NCBI GenBank assembly: GCA_947626515.1
Contig: CANQSL010000001.1
Coordinates: 35,527-99,526 of the forward strand
DNA length: 64,000 bases
Reading direction: 5' to 3'
DNA from: an uncultured Bacilli bacterium
GTDB taxonomy: Bacteria; Bacillota_I; Bacilli_A; RF39; UBA660
This document shows, piece after piece, positions 1 to 10,404 of this stretch; within the stretch, counting starts at the first letter, position 1; every line of letters begins with the position of its first letter. The notes below the pieces were generated by a model that saw only the letters and a list, made by a program, of their open reading frames with translations, was not told the origin of the DNA and searched no databases. Both the position numbers and the translations under genes were made by a program.

Positions 1-72
1 AAACATCGTATTGTCTTCACATAAAGACACCATTAAATTAACTAAAAAAAGATAGTTCTTTTTTTTAATTTA

Positions 73-101
73 TGGACTTAAGGACTAGTATTTTGTATAA
101 T
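73..101 (+). promoter_or_regulatory. Putative sigma-A promoter for addB (-35 TGGACT, 17 nt spacer, extended -10 TGtTATAAT)
   Basis: tgtataat at 94-101, -35-like hexamer 73-78, RBS ttggtggt before the ATG at 117. Confidence 0.35.
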
Positions 102-116
102 TAAATTGGTGGTATT

Positions 117-2459
117 ATGCTAAATTTAATAGAAGATAATTCAATTCTTATCATACCAAATAATATAAAAGAAGAAGTAATAAAAAATATAAGAAATCAA
201 AATAAAAATTTAAATATAAAAATATTCTCTTTAGAAGAATTTATTAATAATTTAACATTTACTTACAATGAAGAAACTATTTTTAGATTAATGCAACAAG
301 AAAACGTTAATTATAATATTGCTTCTATATATTTAAATAATATAAAATATGTAGATAAACATTTTAATATCCCTAAATTAGATAAACTTTATAACATAAA
401 AAAAGGCATAGATGATTATTTAATAAAAGACACCTTATTTAAAAAGCTTATTAAAAACAAAAAAATAATTATATATGGATATGATTATATAACAAAATAT
501 CAAGAATACGTTTTAAATGACCTAGAAAATGTAAAAATAATAAAAAAAGTATATAATAATAATAAACATAAAGTATATAGAATAGATACTTTAGAAAATG
601 AAGTTATTTTTGTTGCAGAAAAAATATCACAACTAATAGATGAAGGGGTAAATATCAATAATATTTTTTTAACTAACATAAATGACTCTTATTATACAAC
701 TATAAAACGAATTTTTGATATGTACAATATTCCAGTAAACTTAAATGAAAAGAAGAGTATATATAAAACACACATTGGAACATACTTTATTAATAACCTA
801 TCAAATGATATAGATAAATTATTAAATGATATAAAAAATAAATTTGATTTGAATAATATAAAAAATTATGAGATATATAGTAAAATAATAAATGTATTAA
901 ATAATTTTTACTTTACTAATAATTATATAGAAATAAAAGAAAATATTATTAACGTAATGAAAAAAACTTATATAACCAACAATATATATAAGAATGCAGT
1001 AAATGAAATAGATATAAAAGATAATATGATAGATGATAGTTCTTATGTATTTTTATTAGGATTTAATTTAAATAAATTCCCAATAATTATAAAAGATGAA
1101 GATTATATAGAGGATAATATTAAACCAAGTATATTAGAAACTTCAACCTATATGAATAAATTAAATAATGAATTATATTATAAAATAATATCTAATATAA
1201 AAAATTTAACTATAACTTATAAAGAAAAACATTTAAATGAAGTTTTTTACCCAAGTTTATTAATAGATGAATATAATATGGAAGTCTTAGAAACTAATAT
1301 GGATTACAGTAACTATTCTAATGTTATAAATAAAATTAAATTAACAAAAATGTTAGACAATTTAATTAAATTTAATATAAAGGATGATAAACTTAATTTA
1401 TTATATTCTAATTATAATATAGATTATATGATTTATGATAATAAAGTAACTCCGTTAGATTCAAATTTATTAAATAAATATTTAAATAACAACTTAGTTT
1501 TAAGCTACTCAAGTATGGATAATTTTTATCATTGCTCTTTTAAATTTTTTATATCTAATATATTAAAATTAGATATATTTAATACAACTATACAAACATT
1601 TATAGGAAATCTCTATCACTTTGTCCTTAGCAAATGTTTTAACGAAGATTTTGAATTTTATGAAACAGTAAAATTCTTTTTAGAAAATAACGATCACCCT
1701 AATGATGCTAAATCCTTATATTTTTTAAATAAAGTAATAGAGGAATTAGAATTTGTTATAAAAGATATAAAATACCAACACTCTTTAGGTAATATAGATG
1801 AAATTTTATTTGAAAAAAAAGTTTGTGTGGAAATACCAGGAGTTATTAACACAACATTTAAAGGATTTATTGATAAAATAATAAGACACAATAATAATAT
1901 TATGATAATTGACTATAAAACTTATGACATAGATATTAAATTGAACTTAATAAATTACGGATTATCACTACAGTTACCAATATACTTATATCTTGCTAAA
2001 AATTTAAATAAAAATTATAAAGTAATAGGTTTTTATTTACAACAAATATTATTCAATAATTTTAATAAAGATAAAAATAAAACGGTTGATGAGCAAAAAA
2101 AAGATAAATTAAAATTAAAAGGATATAGTTTAGGTAATGAAATATTATTAAGTGAATTTGATAAAACTTTAAATAGTAGTGAACTAATACACGGAATGAA
2201 AATCACTAATAAAGGATTTGGAGCTTATTCCAATGTATTAACTGAAAAAGAAATTAACAAAATAATATCTATCACAGAAAATAAAATAAAAAGTTGTATA
2301 GAAGATATTAGCGCTGGCATAATAGAAATTAATCCTAAAATAATAGATGGAAAAGAAATAGGCTGTACATATTGTAAGTTTAAAGATATATGCTATAAAA
2401 CTAACAAAGATAATGTTTATTTAGATAAAATAGATAATTTAGATTTTTTAGAGGAATAG
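117..2459 (+). CDS. addB: AddB/RexB-type helicase-nuclease subunit B (short form)
   Basis: C-terminal PD-(D/E)XK-like motif (IDYKTYDID) plus four Cys (FYHC...GCTYCKFKDIC) typical of the AddB iron-sulfur nuclease domain. Immediately upstream of addA. Only 780 aa and no Walker A seen. Confidence 0.7.
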   Translation: MLNLIEDNSILIIPNNIKEEVIKNIRNQNKNLNIKIFSLEEFINNLTFTYNEETIFRLMQQENVNYNIASIYLNNIKYVDKHFNIPKLDKLYNIKKGIDDYLIKDTLFKKLIKNKKIIIYGYDYITKYQEYVLNDLENVKIIKKVYNNNKHKVYRIDTLENEVIFVAEKISQLIDEGVNINNIFLTNINDSYYTTIKRIFDMYNIPVNLNEKKSIYKTHIGTYFINNLSNDIDKLLNDIKNKFDLNNIKNYEIYSKIINVLNNFYFTNNYIEIKENIINVMKKTYITNNIYKNAVNEIDIKDNMIDDSSYVFLLGFNLNKFPIIIKDEDYIEDNIKPSILETSTYMNKLNNELYYKIISNIKNLTITYKEKHLNEVFYPSLLIDEYNMEVLETNMDYSNYSNVINKIKLTKMLDNLIKFNIKDDKLNLLYSNYNIDYMIYDNKVTPLDSNLLNKYLNNNLVLSYSSMDNFYHCSFKFFISNILKLDIFNTTIQTFIGNLYHFVLSKCFNEDFEFYETVKFFLENNDHPNDAKSLYFLNKVIEELEFVIKDIKYQHSLGNIDEILFEKKVCVEIPGVINTTFKGFIDKIIRHNNNIMIIDYKTYDIDIKLNLINYGLSLQLPIYLYLAKNLNKNYKVIGFYLQQILFNNFNKDKNKTVDEQKKDKLKLKGYSLGNEILLSEFDKTLNSSELIHGMKITNKGFGAYSNVLTEKEINKIISITENKIKSCIEDISAGIIEINPKIIDGKEIGCTYCKFKDICYKTNKDNVYLDKIDNLDFLEE

Positions 2460-2462
2460 TTT

Positions 2463-2819
2463 ATGAATAGACTTTTAAATATAGTTAGAATTATTGTTTC
2501 AATAATTCTATGTATAATACTAATAGTATTATTTCTTAATTTAGCAAATGTTACCACTCAATTATTTTTAACGCCATTTTTATTAGCAGCACTTGCAACA
2601 TTAGGATTATCAATATCAATATACAAAGAAAATGATTTGTTAATAGTCTTCTTTCAAAAATGTTATATAATCTCATTTCTTTTATATTGGTTTGGATTGT
2701 TAATCCTAGGGTGTTATACTGCTTTGAAAGACAAACAAATGGGAATGTTATTATTTTCAATACCATTTTGGATAGCAGGAATATTTATAATAAAGAAATA
2801 TTTTTTTGATAAAAAATAA
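2463..2819 (+). CDS. Small polytopic membrane protein (about 4 TM) inserted between addB and addA
   Basis: 118-aa hydrophobic ORF, same strand, tightly packed between the two nuclease-helicase genes. Confidence 0.4.
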   Translation: MNRLLNIVRIIVSIILCIILIVLFLNLANVTTQLFLTPFLLAALATLGLSISIYKENDLLIVFFQKCYIISFLLYWFGLLILGCYTALKDKQMGMLLFSIPFWIAGIFIIKKYFFDKK

Positions 2820-2834
2820 AAGGAGGTTATCAAT

Positions 2835-5800
2835 ATGCCTAAATGGACTGATGAACAAGAGTTAGCAATAAAAGAAAGTGGAAAAAATATATTAGTATCC
2901 GCTGGTGCTGGAAGCGGTAAAACTGCTGTATTAACAGAAAGAGTTATTAGAAAGTTAAAAAATGGCACAAGCATTAAAAATTTATTAATATTAACATTTA
3001 CTAACAATGCTGCATATGAGATGAAATCCAGGATTAAAGATGCTATAAAAAAAGCAATACCTACTAACCCAAAGATAAGACAAGAATTGGATTATATTGA
3101 CAATGCATACATAACAACATTTGATGCCTTTTCATTAAGTATAGTAAAAAAATACCACTATGTACTAAATATAGGTAAGGATATAGGCATAATAGATTCT
3201 AGTATAATTGACTTAAAAAAAGATGAAATATTAGAAAATATATTTTTAGAATTATATAAAACAAAAGATAGTAAATTTTTAAAATTAGTAGATTTAATAT
3301 GTACTAAAGATGATAAAGTTTTAAAAGAATATATATTAAAAATAAATAATAAATTAGATTTATTAATTGATAAAGAACGATATTTAAACAATTATATTAA
3401 TAATTATTATAATATAAACAATATAAATAATATTATTGATGATTATGTTAAATTATTAAAAGAAAAAATAAATATAATTAAAGAATATTTAGATAACTTA
3501 TCTAGTGAAGTAGATACTAAATATATAAATGAGTATACAGATACACTAACTCCATTATTTATATCGGATACATATGAGGACATAAAAACTAATTCAAATA
3601 TAACTTTAAAACAATTAAGAGGAGCAACTGAATTAGGAAAAACTTTAAAAAAAGAAATGAATGAGTTGATTAAAGAAGTAAATAACATGTGTTATTATTC
3701 TAAAGATTTGCTTACAAAAAAAATATTAAGTACTAAAGAATACGTAGAACCTATCATTACTATTATAGACAAATTAAATAAAAATATACAAAACTATAAA
3801 CATAGCATAAATAAATATGAATTTAATGATATAAGTATTATGGCAATAAATATTGTAGAAAATAATCCCTATATAAAAGAAGAATTAACTAATAGTTTTG
3901 AAGAAATCTGTGTTGATGAATATCAAGATACTTCTGATATTCAAGAATACTTTATTAATCTAATAAGTAACCACAATGTATATATGGTTGGAGATATAAA
4001 ACAGAGCATATATAGATTTAGAAATGCCAATCCAGTAATATTTAAAGAAAAATATGAAATATTTTCTAAAGAAATAGAAGGAATTAAAATAGATTTAAAT
4101 AAAAATTTTAGATCAAGAAGTGAAGTATTAGATAATATAAATTTAATATTTAATTTAATAATGGATAAATTTATTGGCGGAGCTGACTATAAACTAAGTC
4201 ATAATATGATATTTGGAAATGAAGCATATATAACTGATGGAAAAACTAATCAAAATTATAATTTAGAAATATTAAATTATGAATACGATAAATTATATAC
4301 AAAAGATGAAATAGAAGCTTTTATTATTGCAAAAGATATAAAAGACAAAATTGAAAATAACTATCAAATTTATGATAAAGACTCGAAAAGTTTAAGAAAT
4401 TTAGAATATAAAGATATAGTTATATTAATGGATAGAGGAACATCTTTTGATTTATATAAAAAAATATTAGAGTATTTTAATATACCTACTACATTACAAA
4501 AAGATGAAAATATAGTCAAAAATACGGTATTAGTGATTATTAAAAATTTAATTAGTCTAATAATAAAAATTAAAGAAAGCATATTTGATCAAGAATTTAA
4601 ATATTTATTTACATCTATAAGTAGAAGTTATATAGAAAGAATAAATGATAATGAACTATTAAATATATTTTATGAGAATAAATTTAAAGATACAGAACTA
4701 TACAAAAAATGTTTACTAATAAGTATTAATATAGATAATATGACTAATAAAGATTTACTAGATAGTATTGTAGAAAACTTTGATATATTTAACAAATTTA
4801 TAACTAATGGTGACATAGAAAATAAAAGAATTATATTAGATTATCTATATAGTATATTTAATGACTTAAACGAAATTGGTTATGATATATATGACTTAGA
4901 AAATTATTTTAATAACATTATAGAAAATGATAAACAATTAAAAATAAATATTACAGATAATACTAATAATACCGTTACAATAACAAATATTCACAAATCC
5001 AAAGGACTAGAATACAATATATGTTACTTTAGTGGATATGATAGAGAATTTAACAAAATGGAATTAAAAGATAAAATAATATATGATAATAAATATGGAA
5101 TTATTTTGCCTGTATATGATGATGGTTTAGAAGATTTAATAACAAAAGATATAATTAAAAATAACTATATTAAAGAAGATATATCTGAAAAAATACGTTT
5201 ATTTTATGTTGCATTAACAAGAGCTAGAGAAAAAATGATAATAGTTACTGATTTAAATAAAGAAACGTTTTCTAAAAAGGATTATAACGACGTTATAATA
5301 AATAGAATAAGACTAAAATATAAAAGTTTTAAAGATATATTATTATCTATAAAAAAAGAATTAACTCCATTCATAAAAAATATAGATATTAATTCTTTAA
5401 ACATAACGAATGAATATAAAAATATTAAATCCATTAATTTGGAGAATTTTATTGATAAAACTGATAAAGTAATTAATATTAAAAAAATTAATGTTGATAA
5501 AAGTCAAGTTATTAACAAACATTTTAGCAAAGTAACCAATAATATTATAAATAAAGAAACTAGAAATAATATGGACTTAGGATTATATATACATGAATTA
5601 TTTGAAACAATAGATTTTAATAATATAGATTTATCAGATATTGATAATAAATATAAAATATATGTTGAAAATTTTATAAATAGTTCATTATTAAAAAATA
5701 TCAGTAGTGCTAAAATTTATAAAGAATATGAATTTATATATGAAGAAGATAATTTAAAATATCATGGTATTATAGATTTAATGCTAGAATATAAAGATTA

Positions 5801-5960
5801 TATTAATATAATAGATTATAAATTAATGTATACAGAAAGCGAAGAATATATAAAACAATTAACAGGCTATAAAAATTATATTGAAAACTCATTTAATAAA
5901 AAAGTTAATTTATATTTATATAGTATAATGAATAACGAATTTAAAGAAATACAAGAATAA
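2835..5960 (+). CDS. addA: AddA/RexA ATP-dependent helicase-nuclease subunit A (UvrD family)
   Basis: Walker A SAGAGSGKTAVL, UvrD-like motifs (DEYQDTS, FRSR), C-terminal nuclease motif IIDLMLEYKDYINIIDYK. Strong RBS aaaggagg 7 nt before the ATG. Confidence 0.85.
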   Translation: MPKWTDEQELAIKESGKNILVSAGAGSGKTAVLTERVIRKLKNGTSIKNLLILTFTNNAAYEMKSRIKDAIKKAIPTNPKIRQELDYIDNAYITTFDAFSLSIVKKYHYVLNIGKDIGIIDSSIIDLKKDEILENIFLELYKTKDSKFLKLVDLICTKDDKVLKEYILKINNKLDLLIDKERYLNNYINNYYNINNINNIIDDYVKLLKEKINIIKEYLDNLSSEVDTKYINEYTDTLTPLFISDTYEDIKTNSNITLKQLRGATELGKTLKKEMNELIKEVNNMCYYSKDLLTKKILSTKEYVEPIITIIDKLNKNIQNYKHSINKYEFNDISIMAINIVENNPYIKEELTNSFEEICVDEYQDTSDIQEYFINLISNHNVYMVGDIKQSIYRFRNANPVIFKEKYEIFSKEIEGIKIDLNKNFRSRSEVLDNINLIFNLIMDKFIGGADYKLSHNMIFGNEAYITDGKTNQNYNLEILNYEYDKLYTKDEIEAFIIAKDIKDKIENNYQIYDKDSKSLRNLEYKDIVILMDRGTSFDLYKKILEYFNIPTTLQKDENIVKNTVLVIIKNLISLIIKIKESIFDQEFKYLFTSISRSYIERINDNELLNIFYENKFKDTELYKKCLLISINIDNMTNKDLLDSIVENFDIFNKFITNGDIENKRIILDYLYSIFNDLNEIGYDIYDLENYFNNIIENDKQLKINITDNTNNTVTITNIHKSKGLEYNICYFSGYDREFNKMELKDKIIYDNKYGIILPVYDDGLEDLITKDIIKNNYIKEDISEKIRLFYVALTRAREKMIIVTDLNKETFSKKDYNDVIINRIRLKYKSFKDILLSIKKELTPFIKNIDINSLNITNEYKNIKSINLENFIDKTDKVINIKKINVDKSQVINKHFSKVTNNIINKETRNNMDLGLYIHELFETIDFNNIDLSDIDNKYKIYVENFINSSLLKNISSAKIYKEYEFIYEEDNLKYHGIIDLMLEYKDYINIIDYKLMYTESEEYIKQLTGYKNYIENSFNKKVNLYLYSIMNNEFKEIQE

Positions 5961-6023
5961 GCACTCTTGTATTTTTATTTTTAAAAAATAAGGAAATGCA
6001 AAAAATAATATAATATAATTTAT

Positions 6024-7445
6024 ATGAATGATTTATTTTATATTGATGGATATTATTTAGATGAATATCAAATTAATTGTATTAAAAATATGAATAATTT
6101 ATTAATTATAGCTGGTGCTGGAAGCGGTAAAACTAGTACCATTTTAGGAAAAGTAAAATATTTAATAAGTATAGGATATAAAGAAAGTGATATATTATGT
6201 ATTAGTTTAACTAACGAAGCAACTAATGGTCTAAAAAATAAACTTTTAAAAATTAATTTGAATGTTACTTGTATGACATTTCATAAGTTAGGTTTATCTA
6301 TATTAAAAAAAATATATCCTAAAGTTAATATATGTAAAGAAGATTATTTAAAATATATAGTAGATGAATACTTTTTAAGTATAGTTAAATATTCTTACAG
6401 AAAATATTTATTATATATGGAATTTAAAACTTTTAAATACAATGATATTATTAATTCTAAAAAATTTTTGTTATATAAAAGAAATATTATGACATTTATT
6501 AATTTATTAAAAAATAAAGACCAAAGCTATGAAAAAATATTTGATTTATATAAAAGCAGCTATAATAAAATAATATATTTATTTATATTAGAAATATATA
6601 GAATATATGATATAGAGTGTTTTAGTACAAATTCCTTTGATTTCAATGATATGATAAACATCTCTGCAAAATTAGTGAAAGAAAAGAAAATTATATTAAA
6701 TTTTAAATACATCATTATTGATGAATTTCAAGATTCAAGTATTATTAAATTTAATTTAATAAATAACATTATTGAAAACAATCACGCAAAATTAATGTGC
6801 GTTGGTGATGATTATCAAAGTATATATAGATTTGCTGGAAGTGATATAAATTTATTTCTTAACTTTACTAAACACTTTAAAAATAGTGAAATAATGTACT
6901 TAAAAAACACTTATAGAAATTCTAAGGAGATTTTATATATAAGTACTAAATTTATATGTAAAAATAAATATCAAATCCCTAAAGATTTATTTAGCGAAAA
7001 AAGTAATAGTAAACCAATAAAACTATATTTTTCTAAAAATAAAACAAAAGCATTAAAATATATTTTAAAATTAATTGGTAATGACTATATGATTATAGGA
7101 AGAAATAATATAGATATAAAATATTATGTTGATAAATATACAGATATTAACAAAATAAAATATTTTACTGCACATAAATCAAAGGGCTTAGAAAGTGAAA
7201 ACATTGTACTTATTAATATAAGCGACGATATAATGGGCTTTCCTTCTAAAATTAAAAATACAAAAATAATAAATAAATTATTTGATAAAGAACTTTATAA
7301 ATATGATGAAGAAAGAAGATTATTTTACGTTGCTATTACTAGAACAAAAAATAATGTTTATATTATTTTAGATAAAAATAACATGTCTATATTTATAAAA
7401 GAGTTAATAAAAGACTTCAAAAAATATATTGAAGTCATTAATTAG
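6024..7445 (+). CDS. Short UvrD/PcrA-family DNA helicase
   Basis: Walker A IIAGAGSGKTSTI, DEFQDSS motif and C-terminal RRLFYVAITRTKNNVYI motif. Only 473 aa. Confidence 0.6.
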   Translation: MNDLFYIDGYYLDEYQINCIKNMNNLLIIAGAGSGKTSTILGKVKYLISIGYKESDILCISLTNEATNGLKNKLLKINLNVTCMTFHKLGLSILKKIYPKVNICKEDYLKYIVDEYFLSIVKYSYRKYLLYMEFKTFKYNDIINSKKFLLYKRNIMTFINLLKNKDQSYEKIFDLYKSSYNKIIYLFILEIYRIYDIECFSTNSFDFNDMINISAKLVKEKKIILNFKYIIIDEFQDSSIIKFNLINNIIENNHAKLMCVGDDYQSIYRFAGSDINLFLNFTKHFKNSEIMYLKNTYRNSKEILYISTKFICKNKYQIPKDLFSEKSNSKPIKLYFSKNKTKALKYILKLIGNDYMIIGRNNIDIKYYVDKYTDINKIKYFTAHKSKGLESENIVLINISDDIMGFPSKIKNTKIINKLFDKELYKYDEERRLFYVAITRTKNNVYIILDKNNMSIFIKELIKDFKKYIEVIN

Positions 7446-8520
7446 TACCTAATAATTTAGCATGAATGACCATTTTAATCTCATGCGTATAACAAGTTGA
7501 AAGTGTCAAAATTTTACTATTTTCGTCTACATCTGTATCAAATTGATACTCACTTCTAGATTTTATCATCTCTAAAAAATCTTTATAATCTTCATCTGAC
7601 TCAAAGTTTGTTGTTAAATAATCTGTAGTTGTTGGAATTTTATAAATACTAAATATTTCCCAATTGCTATTTTGATTCTCTGTTGATATTTTTATAATAA
7701 AGTCTTTTTGATTATACCAACTTTGTTGAAAAACACTTTTTAAAGATCCAAACATTGTTCCATTATATAAACCATGAGCATATATTATAGTATTTTGTGA
7801 TAAGTTATTTATATCGTTTCTATAGTCCATAAAAACCCATCCACCACCATTATATGACTTATCGAACGAATGACTTAAATAGTAATCATTATCATTTGCT
7901 TTTACAAATGGATAATTAACTTTTGTATTAGGCACCTGTAGCCATCCTACTGTTTCATTGTTAATTTCCTTTAATTTATCAAAATTTACATCTATATATG
8001 AATATTCTCTATATTTATAATAATCGCTACTTTCGTCAACCTGAGTAGACATAACTTTTTCATACTCTTCTGAAGATGCAACCACATTTACAACATCAGC
8101 TATATCATATATATTATCAATATTTTTATTAGTCTTTTTATAATTAACTAAATCAACTCCAATTTCATATGATAAAAAAATTATAAAAATTGTTGTTATA
8201 ACAGATAAGGCTCTTAAAAAATTTTTTTCTAATTGTATAAAAATTTTGTTTTTATTTTTCTTAAGTCTAGGTAGCTCAATTAAAATTGTATTTTCAAGAT
8301 TAGGAATTTCCATTTCATTTGATACTTGAGATTTTAACATTGGCATTTCTATTACTTGAGTTTCATCATTTTCAACAGTAAAAGATAATTTCTTTAATTT
8401 AGGGAGTTCTAATATAATTGTATGATCTAAATCTTGAATCTTTTCTTTATATGATTCAATTAAAATTTGTTCTTTTAACTTAGGAATTTCTATTGTTTTT
8501 TCTAAAGATTCTTTATTCAT
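7438..8520 (-). CDS. srtB: Class B sortase with N-terminal cytoplasmic repeat extension
   Basis: Catalytic TLSTCY motif, IIYAHG His motif and SrtB-like VGWLQVPNTKVNYPFV...YYLSHSF region. One TM segment precedes the catalytic domain. The ORF track starts at a TTG (8538); the ATG at 8520 has a GAAAGGAAA RBS. Overlaps the 3' end of the convergent helicase ORF. Confidence 0.7.
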   Translation of the reverse strand: MNKESLEKTIEIPKLKEQILIESYKEKIQDLDHTIILELPKLKKLSFTVENDETQVIEMPMLKSQVSNEMEIPNLENTILIELPRLKKNKNKIFIQLEKNFLRALSVITTIFIIFLSYEIGVDLVNYKKTNKNIDNIYDIADVVNVVASSEEYEKVMSTQVDESSDYYKYREYSYIDVNFDKLKEINNETVGWLQVPNTKVNYPFVKANDNDYYLSHSFDKSYNGGGWVFMDYRNDINNLSQNTIIYAHGLYNGTMFGSLKSVFQQSWYNQKDFIIKISTENQNSNWEIFSIYKIPTTTDYLTTNFESDEDYKDFLEMIKSRSEYQFDTDVDENSKILTLSTCYTHEIKMVIHAKLLGTN

Positions 8521-8572
8521 ACATATATTTCCTTTCAATTTTATTATACATTATTCTTTATTACTAAATTTT

Positions 8573-8606
8573 AAAAAAAGTAAATTTTTAGTAAAATTTA
8601 CTTTTT
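8573..8606 (-). terminator. 12-bp inverted repeat (AAAGTAAATTTT / AAAATTTACTTT) between the surface-protein gene and srtB; likely attenuator or partial terminator
   Basis: Perfect 12-bp stem with 4-nt loop, flanked by T/A runs. Confidence 0.45.
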
Positions 8607-8608
8607 AT

Positions 8609-10273
8609 TTACATATTATTAAGTTTGTTTTTTATTTTTTTAATTTTATTTATAACTACTAATAAAGTTATGCAAAGTGTTAATAATAAACCTATATTTA
8701 AATAAAGATTATCAAATGTTTGAGGATTTTTATCAATTGTATTATCTTTACCCTTGTTTGAATTATTATTTGTTGAACTAACTTTTTTTGTTGTAGGTTT
8801 TTTTGTTGTAGTTGCTGATGAATTTTTATTGGATAAATAAATTAGTTTGTTGCCATATTTTTTTGATGTATTTTCTATTATACCAAATTCACCTAATTTA
8901 TTTGTTGAAACAACAACATTTTTAGATCCATCATATTTAGTAGGATACACTGCTATATCATTATCTATAATTACAATAGCAGCACCCTTTAAATTTGTAT
9001 AATTACTTAAAGAAGTGTTCATATAACTTGTATCAAAATATACTTCATACGTATTATTATTAATATTTACTGGGCTTTCGTACTCATTTAATAATTGTAT
9101 TTTATAAATTCCATAATCATATACGTTTTCTTTTGATAATGCTTCTATTTTATTTTTGTCACTAGTATTTTTTATTTGATGATCAACATTTAAATAATAA
9201 TTTGACCTCAAAGCATTATTACTTTTTACAACTATTTCATTTCCTAAAAGAATATTTCCATATCTAAGTAAATATTTTTCACTAAAATTATAATTATAAT
9301 CAACATCAGATAATACCAAATCTCCATCTTCATTAAATCCCTTATATAATTTAGAGGTAAATGTATTATAGTAATCTTTTTTTGTAAAAGAATTGTATTC
9401 TACTTTTTGTTGCATTTTTGGAGATTTGCTAGATAAATCAATAATTTGTTTCAATGAAGACGCTATTTCAGTTTTATTTAAAGTATCTTTATTAAATAAA
9501 TTTGTAAATGATTCAAATATATTATCATTATTCCATACATCTTCCGTTACAGTACCATCTTTAAAATATTTATTTGGATAACTGGATTTTAAAACTTTAT
9601 ACCTCTCTGCTCCAGATGAAACATACTCATTTGCATATTGATCTGCTAAAGCTTTTGAGTCTCCATATGTCACTTCTCTTATTGTATTAGTATCACTATC
9701 TCTTGTTACAAGTATTCCACTTATATTTTTGCCATTTTTATTTTTATAAGATAATCTCATGTTATTATATACTAAACTATAATTATGAGAACCTAAGGTT
9801 GAATCCATATCGATAAATTTATAACCATAATTTGAATTTATTATATTTTTAACAATTAAAGCACCATTTTTATTAGCAGTAACATTTATCTTACTTTCAT
9901 CTAATTCTTTATACAAGTAATTTACGATTACATCTTTAGTAACCGTTATGTTTATATCTTTTTTCCCTATTTGAGCAATTAAATCATATGTTCCTTCCTC
10001 TATTTCTAGTCTATTTTCTTCTTCAACTAATAAAACGTCATTATTATGAGATTCTCCTGCCCCTTCAAATCCTGCATTAGAATACACAAAACAATATTTA
10101 GAAACATTTTCTTCTATTTCTTCATCTGTTTCTAATTTTCTTACAGTTTCTATAAATGGAGATTTACAAACTAAAAATTTAAATTCTTCTTTAGTTGCTG
10201 CTTTAACAGTAACACTAGAAAACAGTATTGAAATAGCACTCAATCCTATACAAAACTTATCTATTTTTCTCAT
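8609..10273 (-). CDS. Secreted cell-wall-anchored surface protein (sortase B substrate candidate)
   Basis: N-terminal signal peptide (MRKIDKFCIGLSAISILFSSVTVKA). C-terminal NPQTF motif followed by a hydrophobic segment and a KKIKNK tail, i.e. an SrtB-type (NPQTN-like) sorting signal. Thr/Lys-rich stalk before the motif. Directly upstream of srtB. Confidence 0.65.
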   Translation of the reverse strand: MRKIDKFCIGLSAISILFSSVTVKAATKEEFKFLVCKSPFIETVRKLETDEEIEENVSKYCFVYSNAGFEGAGESHNNDVLLVEEENRLEIEEGTYDLIAQIGKKDINITVTKDVIVNYLYKELDESKINVTANKNGALIVKNIINSNYGYKFIDMDSTLGSHNYSLVYNNMRLSYKNKNGKNISGILVTRDSDTNTIREVTYGDSKALADQYANEYVSSGAERYKVLKSSYPNKYFKDGTVTEDVWNNDNIFESFTNLFNKDTLNKTEIASSLKQIIDLSSKSPKMQQKVEYNSFTKKDYYNTFTSKLYKGFNEDGDLVLSDVDYNYNFSEKYLLRYGNILLGNEIVVKSNNALRSNYYLNVDHQIKNTSDKNKIEALSKENVYDYGIYKIQLLNEYESPVNINNNTYEVYFDTSYMNTSLSNYTNLKGAAIVIIDNDIAVYPTKYDGSKNVVVSTNKLGEFGIIENTSKKYGNKLIYLSNKNSSATTTKKPTTKKVSSTNNNSNKGKDNTIDKNPQTFDNLYLNIGLLLTLCITLLVVINKIKKIKNKLNNM

Positions 10274-10404
10274 ACTACAATTACCTACCTTAATTATAGT
10301 TAATCATACTAAAAAAAAAATTACAATAAATTTGTAATTTCAAAGAAAAAAATATGTAAACTTTTTAACAATTTAAAAAGACATAAAAATAGAATCAAAT
10401 ATTG

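Noticed and set aside
1694-3007. Antisense ORFs in the track (1694..1891, 2551..2766, 2714..3007, 3158..3391, 3443..3688, 4370..4582 and the many similar 60-120 aa ORFs inside larger genes)
   Set aside because: Low-complexity, stop-poor reverse frames expected in very AT-rich DNA. All lie fully inside well-supported genes on the other strand.
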